Positions 47,454 to 56,003 of a stretch of 64,000 nucleotides of DNA are shown one piece after another. How positions within the stretch are numbered: the stretch's first letter is position 1; each line of letters starts with the position of its first letter. Source of the DNA: Dehalococcoidia bacterium (GTDB lineage: Bacteria; Chloroflexota; Dehalococcoidia; Plut-88900); contig OZ240219.1 in the NCBI GenBank assembly GCA_965197645.1, forward strand, positions 1,536,001-1,600,000. Reading direction: 5' to 3'. Both the position numbers and the translations under genes were made by a program. The notes under the pieces are model-generated. The model saw only the letters and a program-made list of their open reading frames with translations, had not been told where the DNA came from and searched no databases.

Positions 47454-48671
47454 TTATCTCACTACTCCCTGCGCCCTCAAACCGGCTATCTCATCGTCGC
47501 TGAGTCCCAGTACCCGGGACAGGACGCTGTCCGTGTGCTCTCCCAGCTTGGGCGCCGCCGAGCGGATGGATGCAGGCGTGCCGGTGAACCGCAGGGGGAT
47601 GCCTGTCGTCTTGAGCGTTCCTTCTTCGGGATGGTCCAGATCGACCACGTACTCGTTCTCCAGCGCTTGGGGATCTTCGGAGAGATCTGCCCCTTCCATA
47701 ACCGGCGAGTAGGCAAAGACAACACCCTGTTCATCGAAGCTCCGGACCCAATCGGCCTGGGTCTTGCGGGCGAAAATCTCGTCCAGCTTGGTGATGAGCT
47801 GGGGATTGACGGCCCGATCCTTTTCAGCAGCGTACTTGGGGTCGTCGGCCAGCTCCGGCGCACCGATGACCCTGCAAAACTCGCTCCAGAACCTGTCCGA
47901 GTCCGGCTCGCAGAACATCATCCACCGGCAATCCCTGCATCTGTACCAGTTGAACAGGGGGCTCTGGGGCCTCGTCCGGTCTCCCACCGGGTCGGAGAAG
48001 TGCTCAAGCCCTTCGGGAAAGGCGAGAGCATCGTGGCCTTCCCACAGCGAGAGGTTGACGGCGCCGTGCTGGAGATGAATGGCGCTGCCCAGCAGCGAAC
48101 CCTCCACCTTCTGGCCCTTGCCCGTCCGTTCCCTGGCCACGACCGCGGCCAGGATGCCGTAGGTCATGACGGTGCCCGTCAGCTGATCGAAAAGGCCGCC
48201 CTCCAGAACCTTCGGTTCCTTGGTGACCCCACCGGTGAGGATGGAGGAGAAGCCGGAGCGGGCCTGTATCAAGGTTTCGAAGGCCCTGTTCTCCTTCTGC
48301 GGCCCCCGATGACCGTAGGCACCCACCGATCCGTAGACCAGTCCGGGGTTGTGAGAGGCGAGGGTATCGTAGTCGGCGCCAAGCCGCGACAGAAGGCTTT
48401 CCTGGAAGTTGGTGACAAATATGTCGGCGTCCTTCACCAGCTTGTAGAGGACCTCCCTGCCCTCGTCCTGCTTCAGGTCCAGGGCTATGCTCTGCTTGTT
48501 GCGATTGACGGCCTCGAACCAGAAGGGCGTCCGGCGGAAGGCATCTCCGCCGTCCGGCCGCTCGATCTTGATAACCTCGGCGCCTAGGTCCCCCAGTATG
48601 TAGCCGATGGGCGGCCCGACGTGCCAGACCGCAAGCTCGATTACCCTTATGCCTTCCAGCGGCCCCGGCAT
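47454..48671 (-). CDS. Family III CoA-transferase (CaiB/BaiF)
   Basis: PLEGIRVIE, LGDLGAEVIKIE, NRNKQSIALDLK, APKLGEHT. Confidence 0.92.
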   Translation of the reverse strand: MPGPLEGIRVIELAVWHVGPPIGYILGDLGAEVIKIERPDGGDAFRRTPFWFEAVNRNKQSIALDLKQDEGREVLYKLVKDADIFVTNFQESLLSRLGADYDTLASHNPGLVYGSVGAYGHRGPQKENRAFETLIQARSGFSSILTGGVTKEPKVLEGGLFDQLTGTVMTYGILAAVVARERTGKGQKVEGSLLGSAIHLQHGAVNLSLWEGHDALAFPEGLEHFSDPVGDRTRPQSPLFNWYRCRDCRWMMFCEPDSDRFWSEFCRVIGAPELADDPKYAAEKDRAVNPQLITKLDEIFARKTQADWVRSFDEQGVVFAYSPVMEGADLSEDPQALENEYVVDLDHPEEGTLKTTGIPLRFTGTPASIRSAAPKLGEHTDSVLSRVLGLSDDEIAGLRAQGVVR

Positions 48672-48691
48672 GATATCCTCCTGGTCGTGAC

Positions 48692-50101
48692 TTAGAAATT
48701 GGCCAGATCGGGTACTTTATCGGCCCATGGCCTGGCCTGCTCCAGGGCCGCCGCGGCCCTGAGCACCGATAGCTCGTCGCCGTGCCGTCCGACAACTTGG
48801 AGCCCTATGGGCATCCCATCCAGGGAGAAGCCGCTGGGCACGGTTGCCGCGGGGTTCCCCGTCATGTTGAAGGCGGCGCTGAAGGGGCTGTAGCCCCACG
48901 CAGGATCGACCTCGACTCCATCTATCACTGTAGGCTGCTCGCCTACGGGAAAGGCGGGTACCGCCATGGTCGGGGTCATCAGCAGATCATAGGTCTCGAA
49001 GAAGTCCTCCATCCGCGCCCGGAACTCCCAGAGCGCCACCATGGCTTGGGCGTACTCGGCCCCCGTTATATCTCTTCCATGCTCCAGGCCTTCTCTTACG
49101 TAGTCCATAAGCTCGTCGGCGTGGTCTCGGAGCAGCTCTTCGCCGTGGTAGGCGTAGTCCTCCGCCGAGCTGATGACGTCGAAGATTTCTGCCGGCGAGC
49201 CCGACTTGGGGGTAGCGTCCTCCACCGTGCAGCCGAACTCCTGGAACAGGTAGGCCGCCTCCTTGGCAGCCGACGCAACCTCGCCGTCTACGCTAGCGTA
49301 TCCCAGGTCGGTGCTCCAGGCTACGCGGAGTCCCTTTACGTCGGCGTCCATCGCCTTGGTGAAATCGGGCGGGGCCTCCCGCATGGTCAGCGAGTCTCGA
49401 CGATCACGACCGGAGATGAGGTTCAGCATCAGAGCCGAGTCCCGGACCGTCCGGGACATGGGACCGCTGCTGGAAAACAGGACCCAGCTCTCCCGTGGAG
49501 AGGGCACCCGGCCCTGGGTCGCCTTGATCCCGAAGACGCCGCAGAACCCCGACGGTATACGTATCGATCCTCCCCCATCGCTGCCCGTGGCCAGGGGACA
49601 TAGTCCGGCCGCCAGCGCCGCGCCGGAGCCGCCGCTTGAACCGCCGGTGGTCCGGCTGGTGTTCCAGGGATTGCGACAATGATCTCCCAGCTTGTTCTCA
49701 GTAGTGCCGGAAGCCCCGAACTCCGGGGTGTTGGTCTTGCCCAAGATTATCGCTCCGGCCTTGCGCATCCGCTCGACGATAATCGAGTCTTCGTCGGGGA
49801 CGTCGTCCTGATACACCAGCGATCCCCTCGTTGTACGAATGCCCTTCGTCGATTCCAGGTCCTTTACCGCTATGGGCACGCCGTGCAGGGGCGGCAGATC
49901 GCCTCCGTTCATCACCGCCTCTTCCGCCTGCTTGGCTTCTTCTAGGGCCTCGTCGGCGCACAGGGTGAGGAAGGCGTTCAGCTTGGGGTTGAGCCTTTCT
50001 ATCCGGTCCAGGTGCTCTTTCGCCGCTTCGACGGGCGATGCCTGCTTGGACTTGATGAGACCGGCAAGCTCGGTGGTGTCCATGAAAGCAAATTGACCCA
50101 C
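48692..50101 (-). CDS. Amidase signature family enzyme
   Basis: GVPIAVKD, GKTNTPEFG, GGSSGGS, GSDGGGSIRIP. Confidence 0.92.
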   Translation of the reverse strand: MGQFAFMDTTELAGLIKSKQASPVEAAKEHLDRIERLNPKLNAFLTLCADEALEEAKQAEEAVMNGGDLPPLHGVPIAVKDLESTKGIRTTRGSLVYQDDVPDEDSIIVERMRKAGAIILGKTNTPEFGASGTTENKLGDHCRNPWNTSRTTGGSSGGSGAALAAGLCPLATGSDGGGSIRIPSGFCGVFGIKATQGRVPSPRESWVLFSSSGPMSRTVRDSALMLNLISGRDRRDSLTMREAPPDFTKAMDADVKGLRVAWSTDLGYASVDGEVASAAKEAAYLFQEFGCTVEDATPKSGSPAEIFDVISSAEDYAYHGEELLRDHADELMDYVREGLEHGRDITGAEYAQAMVALWEFRARMEDFFETYDLLMTPTMAVPAFPVGEQPTVIDGVEVDPAWGYSPFSAAFNMTGNPAATVPSGFSLDGMPIGLQVVGRHGDELSVLRAAAALEQARPWADKVPDLANF

Positions 50102-50262
50102 GGCGGCCTCCTGTTGAGAGATGTGCGAAGGGGACGTGTGGTACTGAGGCTGATTTTACCACATAAGCCTCAACGAAACCGCCGGCCAGGTACCGGACGC
50201 GGAATGTCGGTGGTGTGTTATCCAGGAGTGCCCCGCCCCCAACGTGGACACGGGGGATTTCG

Positions 50263-50312
50263 CTTGTCAAGAGCAATCGTCGTACAATATAATCCTGGTT
50301 GCTCTCGACAAG
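50263..50312 (+). promoter_or_regulatory. sigma70 promoter embedded in an inverted repeat
   Basis: TTGTCA-18-TATAAT (50264-50293); CTTGTCAAGAGCAATC ... GGTTGCTCTCGACAAG arms (14/16 complementary). Confidence 0.6.
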
Positions 50313-50342
50313 TGCCACTGTTAGGATCTCGCTTGAGTGGGT

Positions 50343-50732
50343 ATGAGCGAGTGGACGGAGAACATCCCAGACAAGCTAAAGGGTTACGTCCTAGCCCTAT
50401 TTCTCGCGCTCTTCTCTTCAGGTACGGGATTCCTGATTAGCCAAAGCCTGGAGGAACAAAACTGGCAAGAATCCATCATTTACGTCATCAGGCACGGGGG
50501 AGATTTGGCAATCTTCTCCTCAGTGGTAGCCGTAGGGATTGCCGCGATACTAGAAGGGGTGGGGTCTACAGTGGTCATTGCATGGGAAAAGTACAAAAAG
50601 CGGCAAGAGAAGGCGAGAGAGGAAGGGGCAGATGAAGAACGGGAGCAATGGATGAAATGGCGCGAGGAACAGGACATAAAAAGTCTTCCCCCGCATCTTA
50701 ATGGCGAAGAAGAAAGCCCTCCCACCAAGTAG
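50343..50732 (+). CDS. Hypothetical membrane protein (2 TM helices, charged C-terminus)
   Basis: Two hydrophobic segments, then KKRQEKAREEGADEEREQWMKW...PP; purine-rich, lower-GC codon usage. Confidence 0.65.
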   Translation: MSEWTENIPDKLKGYVLALFLALFSSGTGFLISQSLEEQNWQESIIYVIRHGGDLAIFSSVVAVGIAAILEGVGSTVVIAWEKYKKRQEKAREEGADEEREQWMKWREEQDIKSLPPHLNGEEESPPTK

Positions 50733-50928
50733 CCCTCACAATCCGTTTCCTATCAGACCCGCTCCTAAGCCTAGGCTCTCTGGCATCTATAATCTCATCA
50801 GTCCACTTCATGTTTCATGTCGGTGGCGTGATCGGCCAAACCCGCCGCCATTGCTGGAGCCCTGGTAGGCCCTCTATCAATAGCTTCTATAATGGCGTAG
50901 CTGACCCACACCGAACGGGGACCCTGTA

Positions 50929-51690
50929 ATGGCATCAACCTCCAAAGACATCCGAGCTTCGATATTCATCACCTGCCTGGTGGACATGCTCTACCCCAAC
51001 GTAGGCGAGGCGATGGTGAAGGTGTTGCGGCAGTCGGGGGTACAGCTCGATTTTCCGGAAGACCAGACCTGTTGCGGCCAGCCGGCCTTCAACTCGGGAT
51101 ACCAGGCGCAGGCCAGGGACCTGGCCAAGCGGTTCATCTCCGTCTTCGATGGCGATGGATACGTGGTGGCGCCTTCCGGCTCCTGCACATCGATGGTCAG
51201 GGTGTTCTACCCGGAACTTTTCAAGGACGACCCGGCGAATCTAAAGAAGGCCGAAGCTCTATCTTCCCGAACTTACGAGTTCTCCGAGTTCCTGGTCAAG
51301 GTGGTGGGCGCCGATGACGTGGGCGCCGCCTACGACGGGTCGGTAACCTACCATCCCTCCTGCCATCTGCTTCGAGAGTTGGGTGTCAGCTCCGAGCCGA
51401 AACAGCTTCTGTCCAACGTAGATGGAATAGACTTCCGGGAGCTGCCCGACGAGAGGCAGTGCTGCGGTTTCGGTGGGACGTTCTCGGTGAAGTACCCGGA
51501 CATCTCCGGGGCCATCCTGGACAGGAAGGTCAAAGATATCAAGGAAAGCGGCGCCGAGGTGTTGGTCGCCAACGATTCCGGCTGCCTGATGCATATATCG
51601 GGGGCCCTCACCCGGCAGGGGTTGCCGGTAAAGGCGATGCACCTCGCCGAAATTCTGGCGATGAAAGGGACCGATGGAAGTAACCACTGA
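50929..51690 (+). CDS. lutA: Lactate utilization protein A (CCG-domain Fe-S protein)
   Basis: FITCLVD, QTCCGQPAFNSG, SGSC, YHPSCH, CCGFGGTFSVK. Confidence 0.92.
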   Translation: MASTSKDIRASIFITCLVDMLYPNVGEAMVKVLRQSGVQLDFPEDQTCCGQPAFNSGYQAQARDLAKRFISVFDGDGYVVAPSGSCTSMVRVFYPELFKDDPANLKKAEALSSRTYEFSEFLVKVVGADDVGAAYDGSVTYHPSCHLLRELGVSSEPKQLLSNVDGIDFRELPDERQCCGFGGTFSVKYPDISGAILDRKVKDIKESGAEVLVANDSGCLMHISGALTRQGLPVKAMHLAEILAMKGTDGSNH

Positions 51691-53116
51691 GAAGTTCGTA
51701 CAAGGGTCTCGGAAGGCCATCAACAATGATCACCTCCAGAAGGCGATCCACAAGGCCACCTCCCTGGCGGTGCGAGAGCGGGACCACGCCGCCGCCGAGA
51801 TCCCCGACTGGGAGGAGCTCCGAGACAAGGCTAGGGCCATCAAGCAGGATACCCTGGAACGTCTGGACGAGTACCTTGCCCTGCTGGCCGACTCGGTGGA
51901 GAAGGCGGGCGGCACCGTGTTCTGGGCCAGTACCGCCGAGGACGCCTCCCGTTACATCACCGATCTGGCCGTCGCTCGGGGAGTGAAGACGGTGGTCAAG
52001 GGCAAGTCCATGACCTCCGAGGAGATCGGCCTAAACGAGCGGTTCGAGGAGATGGGCATCGAGCCGGTGGAGACCGACCTGGGCGAGTATATCGTGCAGA
52101 TGGCCGGAGAGGCGCCCTTCCACATCATCGCCCCGGCGATACACAAGACCAGGGAAGACATCGGCAAGCTCTTCGCCGAGAAGCTGGACATCGAGTACGA
52201 GGACAACCCCGAAAAGCTGACCAAAATCGCCCGTGAGAAGCTCCGCGAAAAGTTCTGCACCGCCGATATGGGGGTCACAGGGGTGAACTTCGGCGTCGCG
52301 GAGACGGGTACGGTAGTGGTAGTGGAGAACGAGGGCAACGGCCGCTTCTCCTCCTCGATGCCGCCGGTATACGTGGCCCTCATGGGCATGGAGAAGGTCA
52401 TCCCCGCCCTCAACGATCTTTCCACCTTCATGACCCTGCTCCCCCGCAGCGCCACCGGGCAGAAGGCTAGCTGCTACGTATCTTTCCTCACCGGCACCAA
52501 AAACTCCAGCGAGATTGGCGGCCCCGAGGAGTTCCACCTGGTAATCCTGGACAACGGCCGCTCCCGAATACTCCAGGACCCGGAGATGCGGGAGTCTCTG
52601 TTCTGCATCCGGTGCGGAGCATGCCTCAACACCTGTCCCATCTACAACAAGGTCGGCGGCCACTCATACGGCTGGGTATACTCCGGGCCCATAGGAGCCG
52701 TGATAACGCCGCAATACGTCGGCTTGGACAGGGCCAAAGACCTTCCCAACGCCTCCACCCTGTGCGGCGCCTGCCGGGACATCTGTCCCCTCCGCATCAA
52801 CATCCCTCACATGCTGCTCAACCTCCGTCACAAGATCGCCGAGGGTCCTACCGAAGCGACCAAGAGCAAACCGAAGTCCAAATGGGTGGAGAAAACGGTC
52901 TTCAACCTGTGGTCGATGGGCATGAAGAGCCGGCACGCCTACGGCCTGGGCCACCGAGCCGGTTCGATAGCCCAGAAGCTGCTCCGGGGAAGCGGCGTGA
53001 TGAAAGGCCGGCTTCCCATCCTGTCTTCGTGGACCGAGCACCGGGAGCTCCCACACCTGGCGCCCAAACCCTTCAGGGAGATATGGAAGGAGCGGCTGTC
53101 CAAGAATGGCGGATAG
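51674..53116 (+). CDS. lutB: Lactate utilization protein B (Fe-S)
   Basis: KGKSMTSEE, ETDLGEYI, RSATGQ, CIRCGACLNTCP, ASTLCGAC..CP. Confidence 0.93.
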   Translation: MEVTTEKFVQGSRKAINNDHLQKAIHKATSLAVRERDHAAAEIPDWEELRDKARAIKQDTLERLDEYLALLADSVEKAGGTVFWASTAEDASRYITDLAVARGVKTVVKGKSMTSEEIGLNERFEEMGIEPVETDLGEYIVQMAGEAPFHIIAPAIHKTREDIGKLFAEKLDIEYEDNPEKLTKIAREKLREKFCTADMGVTGVNFGVAETGTVVVVENEGNGRFSSSMPPVYVALMGMEKVIPALNDLSTFMTLLPRSATGQKASCYVSFLTGTKNSSEIGGPEEFHLVILDNGRSRILQDPEMRESLFCIRCGACLNTCPIYNKVGGHSYGWVYSGPIGAVITPQYVGLDRAKDLPNASTLCGACRDICPLRINIPHMLLNLRHKIAEGPTEATKSKPKSKWVEKTVFNLWSMGMKSRHAYGLGHRAGSIAQKLLRGSGVMKGRLPILSSWTEHRELPHLAPKPFREIWKERLSKNGG

Positions 53117-53846
53117 CAACCGGCAGGACTTCCTCTCGAAGGTGAGGAGGAGCCTGGGCCGGCCGGGCATGACACCTCCTCCGGATAAGGAGCGTTTCTT
53201 CGGGAGCGAGGACCGATTGAAGCCTGCGCACCAGCTTCGCCAGGAGCTTGATGCCCTGGTGCACGAGCAAAGAGAATCGCTGATCGAGTCCCTGGACCGG
53301 GAGTTCACTCGGGTGCAGGGCCAGGTGGCCCGCATAGGCAGCGAATTGGAGCTGCAGAGCTACGTCCGGGACCTCGTCTCATCCCAGGACATCAAGCGGG
53401 TGGCCAGGTGGGACACTCCACTCCCTGAATCTCTCGACGAAACCCTCACGGACTCGGGGGCGGCGGTAACCACCATCGGGCCCGAGGACGGCGACGCCGG
53501 CGAAGCCAGGGAGGCCCTGGTAAATGCCGACCTGGGCATCACCGAGGTGGACTTCGCCCTGGCCGACACGGGTAGCCTTGTGCTGCTCTCCAAGCACGAT
53601 CAGAGCAGGCTCGTTTCCCTGCTGCCGCCCATCCACCTCGCCATGGTCAGGCCCGGCGACATCGTCCCCAGCATGGCCAACATCCTGCCCCTTCTGCCTA
53701 CCGACGACGGCGACAACCCGGGCCGGATGCCCAGTAGCGTCACCTTCATCACCGGCCCCAGCCGCACCGCAGACATCGAGAAGATTCTTACCATAGGGAT
53801 TCACGGTCCGACGGCGGCGCACCTGCTCATCCTGGACTACCTGTAG
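53106..53846 (+). CDS. lutC: Lactate utilization protein C (LUD domain)
   Basis: ADTGSLV, SLLPPIH, ITGPSRTADIE..GIHGP. Confidence 0.92.
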   Translation: MADSNRQDFLSKVRRSLGRPGMTPPPDKERFFGSEDRLKPAHQLRQELDALVHEQRESLIESLDREFTRVQGQVARIGSELELQSYVRDLVSSQDIKRVARWDTPLPESLDETLTDSGAAVTTIGPEDGDAGEAREALVNADLGITEVDFALADTGSLVLLSKHDQSRLVSLLPPIHLAMVRPGDIVPSMANILPLLPTDDGDNPGRMPSSVTFITGPSRTADIEKILTIGIHGPTAAHLLILDYL

Positions 53847-53874
53847 GGGATACATGTAAACCCTTTTGCGTGCC

Positions 53875-54762
53875 ATGACCACCGACACAGCGCCATCCGA
53901 CGCCGGCGACGCAACGCCACCCGCCCGAAGCCTTGGGCGATACCTGCTGCCCTTCTTTCTCCTGGTCCTGATCCCGCTGATAGTGGAGGGGTTCCACGCC
54001 CTTGCTGTTTCGGCTGACTGGGCTCGGCCGCTCATCACCAAGGCATGGGGCTATCACTGGCACACACTGGGGTTTGCTTCCACCGGCGCCCAAACTCTTA
54101 TACTCGCAGTCGGCGCAGCCCTGGTTGTCTTCTTCATGTTCCGACGACGATCCCTAATTACCTATCTAGCCGCCCTGGGCCTGTCCCTGATAGCCGTCTC
54201 CTTCCTCATAGACCTGATTTTTCGGCATCTGGGGGTGGAGTCATATGGCTGGTGGGGCTTCGCTCGGGCGTCACTCAGTTCCTACACGCCGTTGTTGACC
54301 GGGCTCTTTGTGCTGAAGGCGGCAGGGGGTCGATACGATCAGTTGGTGGTCTTGGGAGTGCTAGGAACCAGTCTAGGCATCCCCTTCTTTCCCTTCGTCC
54401 TAGCGGTAACGCCGGTCGAGGGCGTTGTTGCCGTGGGAGGCTTCATTGTCCTATCCGTGGTCAGCTTCTTTGCGGCCCTGATAGCTGTCTGGACAGTGGT
54501 ACGCTTGGAAGATACTGGTACGGTGCCTAGCAAGGTCGTGGTCGTTCTCTCGGCCCTGGTCATCTTTGTCCCTGCACTGCTCTCACTATGGTATAACCCC
54601 TTCCACAACAGCCCTGAGCAGTGGGAGGGGCACAAAATGGAATTTTTCTTCCGGGAGTTGTTTTCAGGCCTCATCAACGTAGCGGCTGCCGTGGGTATCG
54701 GCGCCCTGGGTATTTTCCTGCTGCGCCGCAACCCAGACGAGGCTGATAGCGTCAGTCGATAA
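53875..54762 (+). CDS. Hypothetical polytopic membrane protein
   Basis: About 8-9 hydrophobic segments; sits between lutC and add with short gaps. Confidence 0.7.
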   Translation: MTTDTAPSDAGDATPPARSLGRYLLPFFLLVLIPLIVEGFHALAVSADWARPLITKAWGYHWHTLGFASTGAQTLILAVGAALVVFFMFRRRSLITYLAALGLSLIAVSFLIDLIFRHLGVESYGWWGFARASLSSYTPLLTGLFVLKAAGGRYDQLVVLGVLGTSLGIPFFPFVLAVTPVEGVVAVGGFIVLSVVSFFAALIAVWTVVRLEDTGTVPSKVVVVLSALVIFVPALLSLWYNPFHNSPEQWEGHKMEFFFRELFSGLINVAAAVGIGALGIFLLRRNPDEADSVSR

Positions 54763-54769
54763 ACGCCCC

Positions 54770-55798
54770 ATGCCCAACATAGAAGAGTTCATTCGGGGAA
54801 TTCCCAAGGCTGAGTTGCACGTCCACCTGGAAGGCACCCTGGAGCCGGAGCTGAGGTTTGAGCTGGCAAAGCGGAACGGGATCACGCTGCCCTACGCCAC
54901 CGCCGCTCAGCTAAGGGCAGCCTACTTCTTCCCCGATATAGGCGCCTTCTTCGAGCAGTACTACGGAGGTATGGAGGTCCTGATCAACGAGCAGGACTTC
55001 TACGATCTGACCTACGCCTACCTCGAAAAAGCCCGTTCTCAAAACGTGGTCTACGCCGAGATCATGTTCGATCCTCAGGCCCATATCCGCCGCAGCGTGG
55101 CCTTCGAGACCTTAGCCGGTGGTATTCAGAGGGCGCAGCGAGATGGTAGAGAGGAGCTGGGCATCCGGTCACAGATGATCCTCTGCTTCTTGAGAGAGCT
55201 GAGCTCTGAATCGGCGATGGAGACCTTCGAAATGGCGCTGTTGCACAGGGACCTCTTTGTTGGAGTAGGACTCGATTCTGAGGAGCCTGGCAACCCGCCA
55301 AGCAAGTTCAGCGAGGTTTTCGCCAGGGCACGTGCCGAAGGCTACCGGCTGACCGCTCACTGCGGCCCCGACGTAGACAACGTCCTCGAGCACATCCGCC
55401 AGTGTCTTGACGAGATAGAGGTAGACCGCATCGATCACGGCGTCAACTGCGTGGAGGACGAGGCGCTGATGGACTCCATCAAGCGAAGGGGGCTATACCT
55501 GACGACCTGCCCCACCATGCGAAAGGGCATGCCGATGAGGCCCCGCCACGCGGACAGCATCAGGACCTTGATGGACTACGGGCTCCGGGTCACCGCCAAC
55601 ACCGACGATCCGGCCTACTTCCTCAGCCGTTACACCAACGAAATCCTCAGCGATCTGGCGAGGACAGTGGACCTCTCCAGGGAGCAGGTGATCGAGCTGG
55701 TGCGCAATGGGTTCGAAGGCTCCTGGCTTCCGCAAAAGGATAAGGAAGGGTATCTAGCCGAAGTCGACGCATACCTGACCGGCCACGCTGGGCCATAG
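54770..55798 (+). CDS. add: Adenosine/adenine deaminase
   Basis: PKAELHVHLEGTLEP, GLDS.E, TAH, RIDHG, NTDDPAYF. Confidence 0.92.
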   Translation: MPNIEEFIRGIPKAELHVHLEGTLEPELRFELAKRNGITLPYATAAQLRAAYFFPDIGAFFEQYYGGMEVLINEQDFYDLTYAYLEKARSQNVVYAEIMFDPQAHIRRSVAFETLAGGIQRAQRDGREELGIRSQMILCFLRELSSESAMETFEMALLHRDLFVGVGLDSEEPGNPPSKFSEVFARARAEGYRLTAHCGPDVDNVLEHIRQCLDEIEVDRIDHGVNCVEDEALMDSIKRRGLYLTTCPTMRKGMPMRPRHADSIRTLMDYGLRVTANTDDPAYFLSRYTNEILSDLARTVDLSREQVIELVRNGFEGSWLPQKDKEGYLAEVDAYLTGHAGP

Positions 55799-55849
55799 AA
55801 GCCCCAGCCCCAAAATGGTCCGAGCACAGCTATCCCGAATGCCTATGGA

Positions 55850-56003
55850 CATGGGGTGTGCAGAGGGGCGAAGCTCTTTTTCCAGGACTGCCTGCTAGAG
55901 GCCGGGAGTCTGAGGGTGTCCTTCAGAAGTTATTTTTTTGGCCCCTTTCTGGCCAGGAAGGGGGCCAGGGGGATGGTCGAATGGGTGTTTAACACCCTGC
56001 TAG
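55850..56003 (-). repeat. Dispersed MITE/REP-like repeat, copy E (inverted orientation)
   Basis: Minus strand: CTAGCAGGGTGTTAAAC...CGACCATCCCCC...TTCCTGGCCAGAAAGGGG...TCTGAAGGACACCCTCAGACTCCCGG[insert 2]...GCTTCGCCCCTCTGCACACCCCATG. Confidence 0.85.

Noticed and set aside
50929-53846. lutABC as a novel system
   Set aside because: It is a canonical, well-described lactate utilization operon.
14572-56003. CRISPR array interpretation of the palindromic repeats
   Set aside because: Copies are dispersed over 41 kb, not tandem with unique spacers, and there are no cas genes.
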